Part shown: positions 36,966-48,469 of the stretch, one piece after another
Layout of the letters: each line of letters starts with the position of its first letter
How positions within the stretch are numbered: position 1 is the first letter of the stretch
DNA from: Hypanus sabinus
Taxonomy: Eukaryota
Direction of reading: 5' to 3'
Assembly (NCBI RefSeq): GCF_030144855.1
Contig: NC_082730.1
Location: 13,702,001-13,766,000, forward strand
DNA length: 64,000 nucleotides
Notes under the pieces: generated by a model
Databases searched by the model: none
What the model was told of the DNA's origin: nothing
The model's input: only the letters and a program-made list of their open reading frames with translations
Translations under genes and position numbers: made by a program

Positions 36966-39600
36966 TATAGAACACAGATATAGAAGTTTACAGCACATTA
37001 CAGGTCCTTTGGCCCACAATGTTGTGCTGTCAATGTAACCTTCACTGGAAACTGCCTAGAAATGCACAGTCCTCTATTTTTCTAAGCTCCATAAACCTAT
37101 CTAAGAGGCTCTGAACAGACCATATTGTATCTGCTTCCACCATCGTCGCAAGCAATGCAGTCCACGCACCCACCACTCTCTGCGTCGAAAAACTTACCCC
37201 TCGGTATCTATTTCCAAGCACTTTAAAACTATGCCTCCTCATGTTAGCCAGTTCAGCCCTGGGAAAAAGCCTCTGACTATCCACATGATCAACTTCCCGC
37301 ATCAGCTTATACACCTCTATCAGGTCACTTCTCGTCCACTGTCGCTGCAAGGAGAAGGCCAAGTTCACTCAACTTACTCTCATTTTGGCACACTCTCCAA
37401 TCCAGGCAACATCCTTGTAAATCCCCTCTGCACTCTCTCTATTATATCCACATCCTTCCTGTAGTGAGGTGACCAGAACTGAACACAGTACTCCAAGATG
37501 GGTCTGACCAAGGTCTTATATAGCTGTTACATTACCTCACAGCTCTTGAACTCAATCCCACAATTGACAAATGATGACACATCATATGCCTTCTAAACAA
37601 CACTGTTAAGCTGTGCAGCAACTTTGAGTGTCCTATCGACATGGACCCTAAGATCTTTCAGATATTCCGCATTGCCAAGATTCTTAACATTAATATTATA
37701 TTCTGTCTTCAAATTGGACCTACCAAACTGAATCACTTCACACTTATCTGGGTTGGAGTCCAGCTGCCACTTCTCAGCCCAGTTCTGCATCCTATCGATG
37801 TCCCACTGTAACACCTCAGACAACCCTCCAGACTATCCACAACAACTCCCAACCTTTGTGTCATCAGCAAACTTGCTAACCCACCCTTCTACTTCTTCAT
37901 CAGGCCATTTATAAATATCACAAAGTGGAGGGGTTCCAGAACAGATCCCTGTGGAACACCACTAGTCACCGCCCTCCATGCAGAATACGAACCATTAACA
38001 AACACCCTTTGCCTTCTGTGGACAAGCCAATTCTGGATCCACAAAGCAAGGTCTCCTTGGATCCCATGTCTCATTACTTTCTGAAGGAACCATGCATGGG
38101 GAACCTTATCAAATGTCTTACTGAAATCCACATACACTACATCCACTGCTCTACCCTCATCAATGTGTTTTGTTACATCCGCATAGAATTCAATCAGGCT
38201 CATAAGATACAACCTGCCCTTGACAAAGTCTTTCTAACTATCCCTAATCTGATTATGTCTTTCCAAATGCTCATAAATCCTGCCTCTCAGGACCTTCTCC
38301 AACAACTTGCCCACCACTGAAGTCAGACTCACTGGCCTATAATTTCCTGGGTTATCTCTACTCCCTTTCTGAACTAGGGATCAATATTTGCAACCCTCCA
38401 ATCCTCTAGTACTTCTCCTGTCCCTGTTGATGATGAAACGATCATTGCAAGGGGCTCAGCAATCTCCTCTCTCGCTCATTTGGTGCTGGTGACTTACTGA
38501 TAGAGGGTCCTCCTTTATGAGTGAGGAGCTGCGCCAGTACTTGCTAGCTAGGGGCATTGCTACCAGTCGGACCAGGAGTGAGTGTCTATCATACAATGTC
38601 TTGGAGAGTGAGGCCGAGCGTCAGGCCGCAGATCTCCTTTATACAGAGGCCTGTGGGAGGAGCCACAGGAGCAGTCAGCAGAGGCGTGTCCCGACAGGCA
38701 CGTAGTTCACCACACTTACATAAGTTAATGCTTTTCAAAAGCTCCAGCACATCCCCTTTCTGAATGTCTATAATTGTAAGCATTTCAGTCCACTGAAAGT
38801 CATCCCAACAATTGGCAAGGTCCTTTTACTGAGGCAAAGTAGTCATTAAGTATCTCTGCTACTTCCTTTGACTCCATGCACACCTTTCCACTATTGCACC
38901 TGATTGGTGCTATTCTCACATGGCTCATTCTCATGCTCTTCACATACTTGTAGAATGTGTTGGGATTTTCCTTGATCCTGCTCACCAAGGCCTTTTCATG
39001 GCCACTTCTGGCTCTCCCAATTCCATTCTTCAGCTCCTTCCTAGCAACCTTGTAACTTTCCAGACCTCTAACAGTACCTAGTTTCTTGAAACTTCCGTAA
39101 GCTTTTCTTTTCTTCTTAGCTAGATTTTCTACATACTTTGTACACCATGGTTCTTGAACTCTACCATCCTTTCCCTACCTCAATGGAACATACCTATGCA
39201 GAACGCCATGCAAATGTGACCTGAACATTTGCCACATTTCTACTGTGCATTTCTCTGAGAACATCTGCTCCCTTGTTTTTGCCTAATAGCATCATATTTC
39301 CCCCATCCCCAATTAAATGTTTTCCCAAGTTGTCTGCTCCTATACCTCTCCAGCACTATGGTGAAGGAGATAGAGTTGTGTGTCATTATCTCCAAAATAC
39401 TCTTGCATCGAGAGATCTGACACTTTACCAGGTTCATTTCCCAATACAAGATCAAGTATAGCCTCTCCTCTAGTTGGTTTATCTCCACATTGTGACAGGA
39501 AAACTTCCCTGAACACACCTTACAAACTCCACCTCATCTAAACCCCTTGCAATAAGGAGATGCCAGTCAATATTAGGAAAGTTAAAATTTCCTGTCACAA
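36966..39600 (-). mobile_element. CR1 LINE (RT and endonuclease) interrupted by a solo LTR
   Basis: [11 protein letters not shown]...[10 protein letters not shown] and VTGNFNFPNIDW motifs, with the 3' tail at ~36970. Confidence 0.88.
38498..38714 (-). mobile_element. Solo LTR (217 bp) inserted in CR1
   Basis: Minus-strand termini TGTGGTG and CTATCA, internal TATAAA, exact 5-bp TSD CTTAC at 38493-38497 and 38715-38719. Confidence 0.85.
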
Positions 39601-39609
39601 CAACCCTAT

Positions 39610-41200
39610 CATTATTAGAAAAGATAGAAAATGTACAGCACAGTACAGGCTGTTTGGCCCACAATGCTGTGCTGAACATGTATTCTTTAGAAATTACTTA
39701 GAATTACCCATAGTCCTCTATTTTCCTAAGCTCCATGTCCCTATCCAGGAGTCTCTTAAAAGCTCCTATCATATCCGCCTCCACTTCCTTTGCTTGCAGC
39801 CCATTCCATGCATTCAGCACTCTCTGCATAAAAACTTACCCCGACATCTACTCTGTATCCTCTCATGTTGACCAGCATTCCAGAATCTGCCTCCCTATCT
39901 GCTCCTCAATGTCACTGTTACTATTGGAGGGTCTTTTAAAAACACCCAGTAGTGTTATTGCCCCTTTCCTGTTTCTGACTTCTACCCACACTGACTCAGT
40001 AGACCATCCCTCAATGACTTCCCCCTTTTCTGCAGCTGTGACACTTCCCCTTATGAGCAACGTCACATCCCCAACCTCTTTTGCCTCTCTTTCTGTTCTT
40101 TTTGAAACATCTAAAGCCCGGCACACTCAGCAGCCAATCCTGCTCCTGAGACAACCACGTCTATATAATGGCCACAACATCACGGTTCAACGTATCGATC
40201 CACGTTCTAAGTTTATCCGACTTGTTTATAATACTGCTTGCATTAAAACAGACTCATCTCAATCCATCAGGCTGAGTGCATCTTTGCTCTAACATCTGCC
40301 TATCCTTCGTCACAAACTCCCTACAAACTGCTCTAACCTCCCCATCCTCAAATTCAGGTGCAACCCATCCATTTTGTACGGGTTACACCTGCCATAGAAA
40401 AGGTCCCGGTGATCCAAAAATCTGAATCCCTGCCCTCCGTCCAATCTTTCTCCCATACATTTATCCTCCACCTCATTTGATTCCTATACTCACTGTCGTG
40501 TGGTACAGGCAGCAATCCCGAGATCACTACCTTTGAGGTCCTGCTTCTCAGCTTCCTTCCTAACTCACTGTATTCTGCTTTCAGGACCTCCACCCTTTTT
40601 CTACCCATGTCGTTGGTACCAATATGTACCACGGCCTCTGGCTTCTCACCCTCCTATTTCAGCATATTGTGGACGCAGTCCAAAACATCACGAACCCTGA
40701 CACCTGGGAGGCAAACTACCATCCTTGTTTCTTTTTTATGTCCACAGAGTTGCCTATCTGTCCCCTAACCATAGAGTCCCCTGTTACCGCTGACCTCCTC
40801 TTTTGTTCCCTACCCTTCTGAGCCACAAGGCCAGACTCAGTGCCAGAGGCACGGCCACTGTTGCTTTCTCAGGTAGGTTGCTCCCACCAAAAGCACTCAA
40901 AAACGTGGACAGCCACAGTAGTGCTGTCCACTACCTGATACCCTCCCTTCCCTCTACTGAAGGTCACCCACTTATTTGTCTCCTGTGGCCCTGGGGTGAC
41001 TACCTGCTTATAGCTCCTGTCAATCGGTTCTTCTCTCTCCCTTACAAGTCGAAGGTCATTGACCTGCAGCTCCAGTCCCTAACTCGGTCCCCAAGGTGCT
41101 GCAGCTCAATGGTGCTGATGTGGCCATCAGGGAGGCGGGAAGTCTCACGGACATCCCACAGCCGACACCCAAAACAGAAAACGGGTCTCACAGTCATATC
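39610..41200 (-). mobile_element. CR1 with ORF1/endonuclease start joined to its 3' end (large internal deletion)
   Basis: Esterase motif VVHIGTNDMGRKR and ESVWVEVRNRKGAITL, directly abutting a CR1 3' UTR at ~39610-39860. Confidence 0.75.
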
Positions 41201-41344
41201 CAGTATTCTAATGCACTAATCTCGTGAGACACTCCTTTTTTAAACTTTCCTCCTTGATCTGTGCAAAGATTTATCTCTCTTTCTTTGAATTAATTGGTCC
41301 ACTGCTAATGTGCCCAGCCCAGCGAAATGCTCCTCTTCACACGA

Positions 41345-41735
41345 AGAGTATGAATATGACCCGTCTACAACCACTCTTTGCCTTCTGTGGGCAATCCAGC
41401 TCTGGATCCACCAAGCAAGGTCCCCTTGGATCCCATGCCTCCTTACTTTCTCAATAAGCCTTGCATTGGGTACCTTATCATATGCCTTGCTGAAATCCAT
41501 ATAAACTACAACTACCGCTCTTCCTTCATCAATGTGTTTAGTTACATCCTCAAAATATTCAATCAGGACTTGCCCCTGTCAAAGCCATGCTGACTATTCC
41601 TAATCATATTATGCCTTTCCAAATGTTCATAAATCCTGCCTCTCAGGATCTTCTACATCAACTTACCAACCACTGAGGTAAGACTCCCTGGTTTACAATT
41701 TCCTGGGCTATCTCTACTCTGTTTCTTGAAAAGGT
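41345..41735 (-). mobile_element. CR1 RT fragment
   Basis: MDFSKAYDKVPNARLIEKVRRHGIQGDL motif. Confidence 0.8.
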
Positions 41736-41811
41736 TTGTGGAAAAAGGTTTGTGGCAGATCAGAATAAGCTTGACAAAGTAATTATGTGGATAGATTAAG
41801 GCAGAAGAGTT

Positions 41812-42066
41812 ACACTTAGTGGCTACTTTATTCAGTACATCTGTGTACCTGCTCATCAGAATGAATACCTGATCAATTATGCTGCAGAAACTCAATGCAT
41901 GCGTGTCAGCGTGTTGTGCATTGAGAGGTGTTCTTCTGCAACTACTGTTGTAATGAATGGTAATTTAACTTACTGTCAATTGAACCTCTTGTTCATATTT
42001 ACATGCTTTTATGCATTGAGTTGTTACATGATTGGCTGATCAGATATTTTCATTGACGAGCAGGTG
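41812..42066. mobile_element. Tc1/mariner-like non-autonomous remnant with imperfect inverted arms
   Basis: Left end TA-CACTTAGTGGCTACTTTATT resembles fish Tc1 TIRs. The arms cctgctcatc...ctcaatgcat and atgcattgag...gagcagg are inverted copies. Right terminus missing. Confidence 0.55.
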
Positions 42067-42126
42067 AAACAAATGAAGAACGTAATTCTTATGCCTCGAT
42101 CTAGCCGCATAATTACTTTGCCAAGA

Positions 42127-42378
42127 TTATTCCTCGTCCTGTGGAGTAGCAGGAGAGAAAGCTTTCCGTTTGGGCTTTGCACGATGGGTTTGAAATTTGT
42201 TATCTGTGTAGGTGACGTTGTCCACATCAGTAACGGAGTGGACTGTTGTTGATTTCCTTTTATATTTCACACCTGCATACACAATTCCAGTTTCATTTTT
42301 TGCCGACTGGGCAGCTGTCTGTTTGTTTCGAATATGGTGTAGATCTGTATAAACATTTTCTTCTAACGTGGCCATTTT
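42127..42378 (-). CDS. Gene 2 terminal cytoplasmic exon with Tyr motifs (KMATLEENVYTDL...IVYAGV...VTYTDN...QDEE*)
   Basis: Strong acceptor ttttttctttcag, phase 0, 83 codons plus TAA. Contains the canonical ITIM IVYAGV and two ITIM-like sites. Lies downstream of the TM exon on the same strand. Confidence 0.8.
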   Translation of the reverse strand, partial: KMATLEENVYTDLHHIRNKQTAAQSAKNETGIVYAGVKYKRKSTTVHSVTDVDNVTYTDNKFQTHRAKPKRKAFSPATPQDEE

Positions 42379-42814
42379 CTGAAAGAAAAAATGATACTCT
42401 GAAATCTGCTTTATGACTGATGAATATGAAATCTGAGGGTGTGAAAAGCTACAGGGAGAAGGCATCATAGTAGTTGAGAGGGAAAATAAATCAGCTGTGA
42501 TTGAAGGATGGAGCAGTCAAATGGACTAAGTCATTTCCTATACCATGTGGTGTCTGGTCTTAATTTCCTGGATTGTTTTTTTATTAACTACTTTATGTTT
42601 ATATCCTGAGTTCTAATCTCATCTGTAAGTGGAAACACCATTATTCAATGAAACAGTTTGATGCTCTTGCAGGCACCTACCAGATCATCCTCAGTTTTCT
42701 TTCTTTAAATAAACCCTGATCCTTTCAATCAGCTTGTAGAATTTCATTTCTCATAATGTTTGATAACAGCTTATGGCTCAGAGGCTGTGATCCTTAGTGA
42801 GGACCCGCCACTAA

Positions 42815-43850
42815 CTGTGCAACAACAACAGCCACAGTACGTGCGCTTGCAATACTGTGTGTCAGGCAGAGTGGTCAGCAGCACCGGGGCTCCACAGGGG
42901 ACTGTCCTGTCTCCCTTCTCTTCACCATCTACACCTCAGACTTCAACTACTGCACAGAGTCTTGCCATCTTCAGAAGTTTTCTGATGAGTCTGCCATAGT
43001 TGGATGCATCAGCAAGGGAGATGAGGCTGAGTACAGAGCTACGGTGGGAAACTTTGTCATATGGTGTGAGCAGAATCATCTGCACCCTAATGTGAAAAAG
43101 ACTAAGGAACTGGTGGTGGACCTGAGGAGGGCTAAGGCACCAGTGACCCCAGTTTCCATCCAAGGGGTCAGTGTGGACATGGTGGAGGATTACAAATACT
43201 TGGGGATACAAATTGACAATAAACTGGACTGGTCAAAGAACACTGAGGCTGTCTACAAGAAGGGTCAGAGCCGTCTCTATTTCCTGAGGAGACTGAGGTC
43301 CTTTAACATCTGCCGGATGATGCTGAGGATGTTCTACGAATCTGTGGTGGCCAGTGCTATCATGTTTGCTGTTGTGTGCTGGGGCAGCAGGCTGAGTGTA
43401 GCAGACACCAACAGAAACAACAAACTAATTTGTAAGGCCAGTGATGTTGTGGGGGTGGAACTAGACTCTCTGATGGTGGTGTCTGAAAAGAGGATGCTGT
43501 CTAAGTTGCATGCCATTTTGGACAATGACTCCCATCCACTCGATAATGCACTGGTTAGGCACAGGAGTACATTCAGCCAGAGACTCATTCCACTGAGATG
43601 CAACAACACTGAGCATCATAGGAAATCATTCCTGCCTGTGCCCATCAAACTTTACAACTCCTCCCTCGGAGTGTCAGACACCCTGAGCCAATAGGCTGGT
43701 CCTGGACTTATTTCCACTTGGCATAATTTACTTAGTATTATTTAATTATTTATGGTTTATATATTGCTATATTTCTACTCTGTTCTTGGTTGGAGTGACT
43801 GTAACGAAGCCCAGTATCCCTCGGGATCAATAAAGTATGTCTGTCTGTCA
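42815..43850 (+). mobile_element. Rex1/Babar LINE 3' portion, relatively intact
   Basis: TGAPQGTVLSPF and a 216-aa ORF (KTKELVVDLRR...YKYLG...GQSRLYFLRRLRSF). Tail aataaagtatgtctgtctgtc. Confidence 0.92.
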
Positions 43851-43954
43851 CGTTGCTTTACAACACTAACACACAAAGTTGGTAGTTTGTGTTTCAGAGA
43901 GAAGAGTTTGAAAATAAATTTGGGAATTATTTGGGCAAATTACAATACTTTTAG

Positions 43955-46417
43955 GGTTTACAGTATAAATGATTTGCTGTAGCAGGTTAATTGATCACTC
44001 GGGTGTAATTGGGTGGCTCGTGGGCAAGATGGACCTGTTACTCTGCAGTATCTCTAAAGAACAAAAGTTAAGAGGACAGAATTGCAGGCACTCATAGAGT
44101 TAAGTTCAGTGTGTGGGATTTGGGCAGCTGAAGCTACTGACATTGGTAGTGGGGTTCTGAGACTGGAGGATGCACAAGAGGAACACACAGTTCTCTGACG
44201 GTACAGCTCTTGGCGAGAAAATGATGCCCAGAAGAGAAAATGTACGGCAGAGCAGTATTCTTCAACAATCTCCACCCTGCAGTTACCACGCATGTTGAAA
44301 ATTATGGAAGATATCACAAACAAAGACTGTTGACAACAGACCTAAGAGACAATAGACTATTCATACTGGTGTCAGGATTGAGGGGTTGAGTGAGAAAGTG
44401 GGTGAGTGAGGTCAGCACAGAACAGATATTTACTTAATTAGAGATACAGCATGGAAACAGGCCATTCTTGTCCAACAGGACCGCATCACCCAATTAAACC
44501 CCTGAGAACAAATTAACATACGAACATCTTTGGAATGTGGGAGGAAACCCACAAGGTCACAGGGAGAACATGTGAACCAGTTTGTTACCAAACCACTACG
44601 TTTCCATACCACCCCCAATTTATTATTTTGAACAGACCTGCCCTAATTTTTTCTGATTTCACGTTAGAGTTTGAGATTCAGAGGGAATATCCAAAATGTA
44701 AACTGTAAAGACATTGAACCCAAAGACAGATTTACACAATTAGACGCTCTATCTCTAACTATAGAGAAAAAAACAATCTCACAAAAACTGAAAAGTTATT
44801 GAGTAATTTACAAAGAGTAATTTCAAAGAGTAATTTACAACAATTAGACACTCCATGTCTAACAACAGTGAAAAGACCAATCTCACCTTTCACCATTCAG
44901 TAGTGATAACCAAGCCTGGAGCCACTTTGAAGAATAGTCATTTAAAATATTATGAATAGAATTAAGGCAAATAAGGATGAGCAGAAGAGAAAGGAATAAA
45001 TAACCAGAAGGATATGCCAATTGGATTGAGTGAGAGGAGTGTTCGGAGGTTTGTGTAAAATATTAATACTGGACTGGACTTGTGGGTTGTGTGATCTGTA
45101 AACTCCCTTGTAATCCAAGTTTTAAACATTCTGAAGCATTCAGACAATTTATACTTCATGTCCATACCTGGGTTTCATTGTTGCCTTTTCTGTGAGATGT
45201 TCTGGGCTTCATTTGGGTTTATAGTCAGAATGGTTTCTTGTAGCAGGTTAATTGATCACTCGGGTGTAATTGGGTGGCTCGTGGGCCAGAAGGATCTGTT
45301 ACTCTGCTGTATCTCTAAAGAACAAAAGTTAAGAGGACAGAATTGCAAGCACTCATAGAATTAAGTCCAGTGTGTGGGATTTGGGCAGCTGAAGCTACTG
45401 TTGTTGGTGGTGGGATTCAGAGACTGGAGGATGAACACGAGGAACACACACTTCTCTGACGGTAGAGCTCTTGGAGGGGAAGCGATGCCCAGAAGGGAAA
45501 ATGTACGGCAGAGCAGAATTCTTCAACAATCTCCACCCTGCGTTTACCAGGCATGTTGCAAAATGTGGAAGATATCACAAACAAAGACTGTTGACAACAG
45601 ACCTAAGAGATAATAGACTATACATACTTGTGTCAGGATTGAGGGGTAGAGTGAGAAAGTGGGTGGGTGAGGTCGGCACAGAACAGATATTTACTTATTT
45701 TAGAGAGACAGCATGGAAACAGGCCATTCTGGCCCAACAAGACCGCATCACGCAATTAAACACATGTGACCAAATTAACATACTAACATCTTTGGAATGT
45801 GGGAGGAAACCCACAAGGTCACAGGGAGAACATGTAAACTCTTTACAGACAGCAACCAGAGTGAACCAGTTTGTTACCAATCTGTTAGGCTACAGTGCCA
45901 CCCTCAATTTATTATTCTGATTAGACCTGCCCTATTTTTTCTGATTTCACATCAGAGTTTGAGACTCAGAGGGAATATCCAAAATGTAAACTGAAAAGTC
46001 ATTGAGTAATTTACAAAGAGTAATTTCAAAGAGTAATTTACAACAATTAGACACTCCATGTCTAACAACAGTGAAAAGACCAATCTCACCTTTCACCATT
46101 CAGTAGTGACAATCAAGCCCGGAGCCACTTTGAAGAATAGTCATGTAATATATTACAGATAGACTTAAGGAAAATCAGGATGAGCAGAAGAGAAGGGAAC
46201 AAGTAACCAGAAGGATAGGCCAATAGGATTGAATGAGAGGACAGTTCATGGGTTTGTGTAAAATATTAATACTGGGCATGACTGGTGAGATGAATGATCT
46301 GTAAACTCCCATGAAATCCAAATTTTAAACATGCTGAAGCATTCAGACAATTTATACTTCATGTCCATACCTGGGTTTCATTGTTGTCTTTTCTGTGAGA
46401 AGTTTTGGGCTTCATTT
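43955..46417. repeat. Tandem segmental duplication, 2 copies of ~1.26 kb (~43955-45214 and ~45215-46417)
   Basis: Colinear blocks such as gcaggttaattgatcactcgggtg (43982/45243) and atacttcatgtccatacctgggtttcattg (45151/46354). Confidence 0.92.
46371..46417 (-). CDS. Gene 2 juxtamembrane cytoplasmic exon (EMKPKTSHRKDNNETQ)
   Basis: 47 nt, open only in phase 1 to 0, donor CAG|gtatgg. The acceptor gtattttcgag is weak (GAG). Would join a gene-1-type TM exon to the terminal ITIM exon. Confidence 0.55.
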
Positions 46418-46489
46418 CTCGAAAATACAACATTACTGCTCACAATTACGCGTCTGTTACGGACATAAACATTTATTTATTTATTGATA

Positions 46490-46790
46490 CAGCACAGAGT
46501 CGAGCCTTGCAGCCTTTGAGCTTCACCACCCCAGCAACCCCTGACAAACCAGATTAACCCGAACCTAATCACGGGACATTTCCATTGACCAATTAACCTA
46601 CCTGGTATGTCTTTGGACTGGGATGAAACTGGACGACCTGGAGTGTATCCATGCATCCCACAGGGAGGACATTCAGAGACTCCTTTCAGAATGGCACTGG
46701 AATTGATCTGCAATCTCCGGAAAGCCCCGAGCTGTAATAGCTTAGTGCGAACTGCTAGGTTACCATGGCACCCATATTGAATCTCAGAAC
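46490..46790 (-). mobile_element. SINE copy
   Basis: Same family as 47000-47275 and 59540-59680 (ccaaagaca..ccggtaggttaattgg core). Confidence 0.6.
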
Positions 46791-46999
46791 CACGGAAACC
46801 CAGGCTGCAACACAATAATGATTCTCCACACAAAGCAATCCTCTGCTCTGGTTACTGCACAATATTCAGAAAGGGTCATGTTGTTTTATAACCCACCTGA
46901 TAATAACACACAGATGATCATGATACTCACAGTTCTCTTCACTGATTTACAAAGTCTATTTAAGAGACAAGATGATTTCTTTACAGATGTATTTGGTGA

Positions 47000-47275
47000 T
47001 ACACCACAGAGTAAGCCGTTCAAGCCCTTTGAGACACGCCAACACAGCAGCCCCGACAAGTCTGATTAACCTGAACCTAATCGTGGGACAATTTACAATG
47101 ACCAAATAACATACCGGGTGTGTCTTTGGACTGTGGGAGGAAACTGGAGCACCCCAGAAAAACCCACACATTCAACATGGAGGACACAGAGACTCTTTAC
47201 AGAATTTCACCAGAATTGACCTCTGAGCTCCAAAATGTCCTGAGGAGTCATCACGTCACACTAACCTCTATGCTA
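47000..47275 (-). mobile_element. SINE copy
   Basis: Minus-strand ggggtgctccagtttcctcccacagtccaaagac core. Confidence 0.6.
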
Positions 47276-47816
47276 CGGGACGGACCTATCTCAGGGTCAT
47301 CTCAATAAAGCAGATCACTGACTTAATCTACAGCAACTTTTTCCGATCAAAGCAGGGAAGATTTGCCAGTGACATGCAGTAGTAGATTGGTAAAAGATAC
47401 ACCTGATTTTTTTTTAACAATCACACAAGAGTACGATTTTGCATATATATTGTCTAAATAATTACACTTAATTGGAAGTTTTACTGAGGAAAAGCTTATT
47501 GAATACACTTTCAAGTACAACAGCTAATTCTCCAAAACTGAGTAGTACAGGTGAGACCATCTAAATCTTTCTTCCACCCAACATCTTGGTTCTCTACCAT
47601 TCCTCATTTGACATGAGATTGCATCGCTGATGTTTTGGGAATAATGGAGTCACCAGGTTACAGTGGAAACAACACCATTCATTCATGTGTTGTAAACCTA
47701 CACAGTGGCACTCTAATCCTGGCTTTTTGTTGACTGCAACCAAATCAAGTTCCTTAAGATTCAGCAGCTAGCTATCATATTCATCATGAAATAATTCAAG
47801 GAAAAAACAAACCTAC

Positions 47817-47909
47817 CCCTGTTTTTTTCTCTTCAGGTAGCAAAGCAGACAAACGACAAATAATATGAGAAGAATCCCAATGATACTGAGCACAATTATG
47901 TAAATGAGC
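47817..47909 (-). CDS. Gene 2 transmembrane exon (LIYIIVLSIIGILLILFVVCLLCYLKRKKQG)
   Basis: Acceptor ctttcctattctttatcacag, donor gtaggt, 93 nt. Uncharged hydrophobic helix aligns with the gene 1 TM exon, but is 1 nt longer. Confidence 0.85.
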
Positions 47910-48469
47910 CTGTGATAAAGAATAGGAAAGGGTCAGTCCTGGGTCATTAATTATTCCTGGCTATTTGTAAACTCTGACATTTACACAGCATCTTTCATGA
48001 GCTCAGGATGTCCGCAGCTCAGAAAATGAACTTTAGACCCTGTTGACAGTTTGGGAACTTGATAAAGCCAATCTGCTCACAGCAAAGTCTCCAAGTAGAA
48101 ATGTGACCATGGCCAATGATAGTGATGTTGGTTGAAGAGTAACTATTGTCCAGGCCACCTGGGAACCCTCCCATGTTCTTTTCAAACATTTCATCAGAAC
48201 TGTTGCATTGGAAGATTGATTGGTGGCTTCTTCTCTGACGGACAGCATTGCTGACCAGGTAGGCATATCGATTCTTTGAAAGGCCTCCATGGTTTTCTTT
48301 ATTTCGTGGCTGTCAGGACTCTTGTTTGGTTTGGATGAGTCAGGCTGAGGGGCTTGTTTTTCTAATATATAACAATGACCTTATAACTCAGAACATGAGC
48401 TTCAACTGCATAACTTAAATTATTACATATCTTGGGTAAGAAAATTATCTTTTTTTAATCAAGGCATGA

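Noticed and set aside
42127-42468. ORF read as the N-terminus of a type II C-type lectin (MATLEENVY...)
   Set aside because: It ends in a stop with no downstream TM or lectin exon, and has a strong phase-0 acceptor just upstream, so it fits a terminal exon of the type I receptor.
44189-44208. 20-nt micro-exon candidate (ELYRQRT) and its duplicate near 45450
   Set aside because: The gtgtgt donor and aag acceptor are weak, and the 47-nt exon explains the phase 1 to 0 link better.
47836-47935. Plus-strand exon-like stretch (ttcag acceptor, YEKNPNDTEHNYVNEPV)
   Set aside because: There are stops in all frames from the acceptor. It is the reverse complement of the gene 2 TM exon, which has better splice sites and a paralog.
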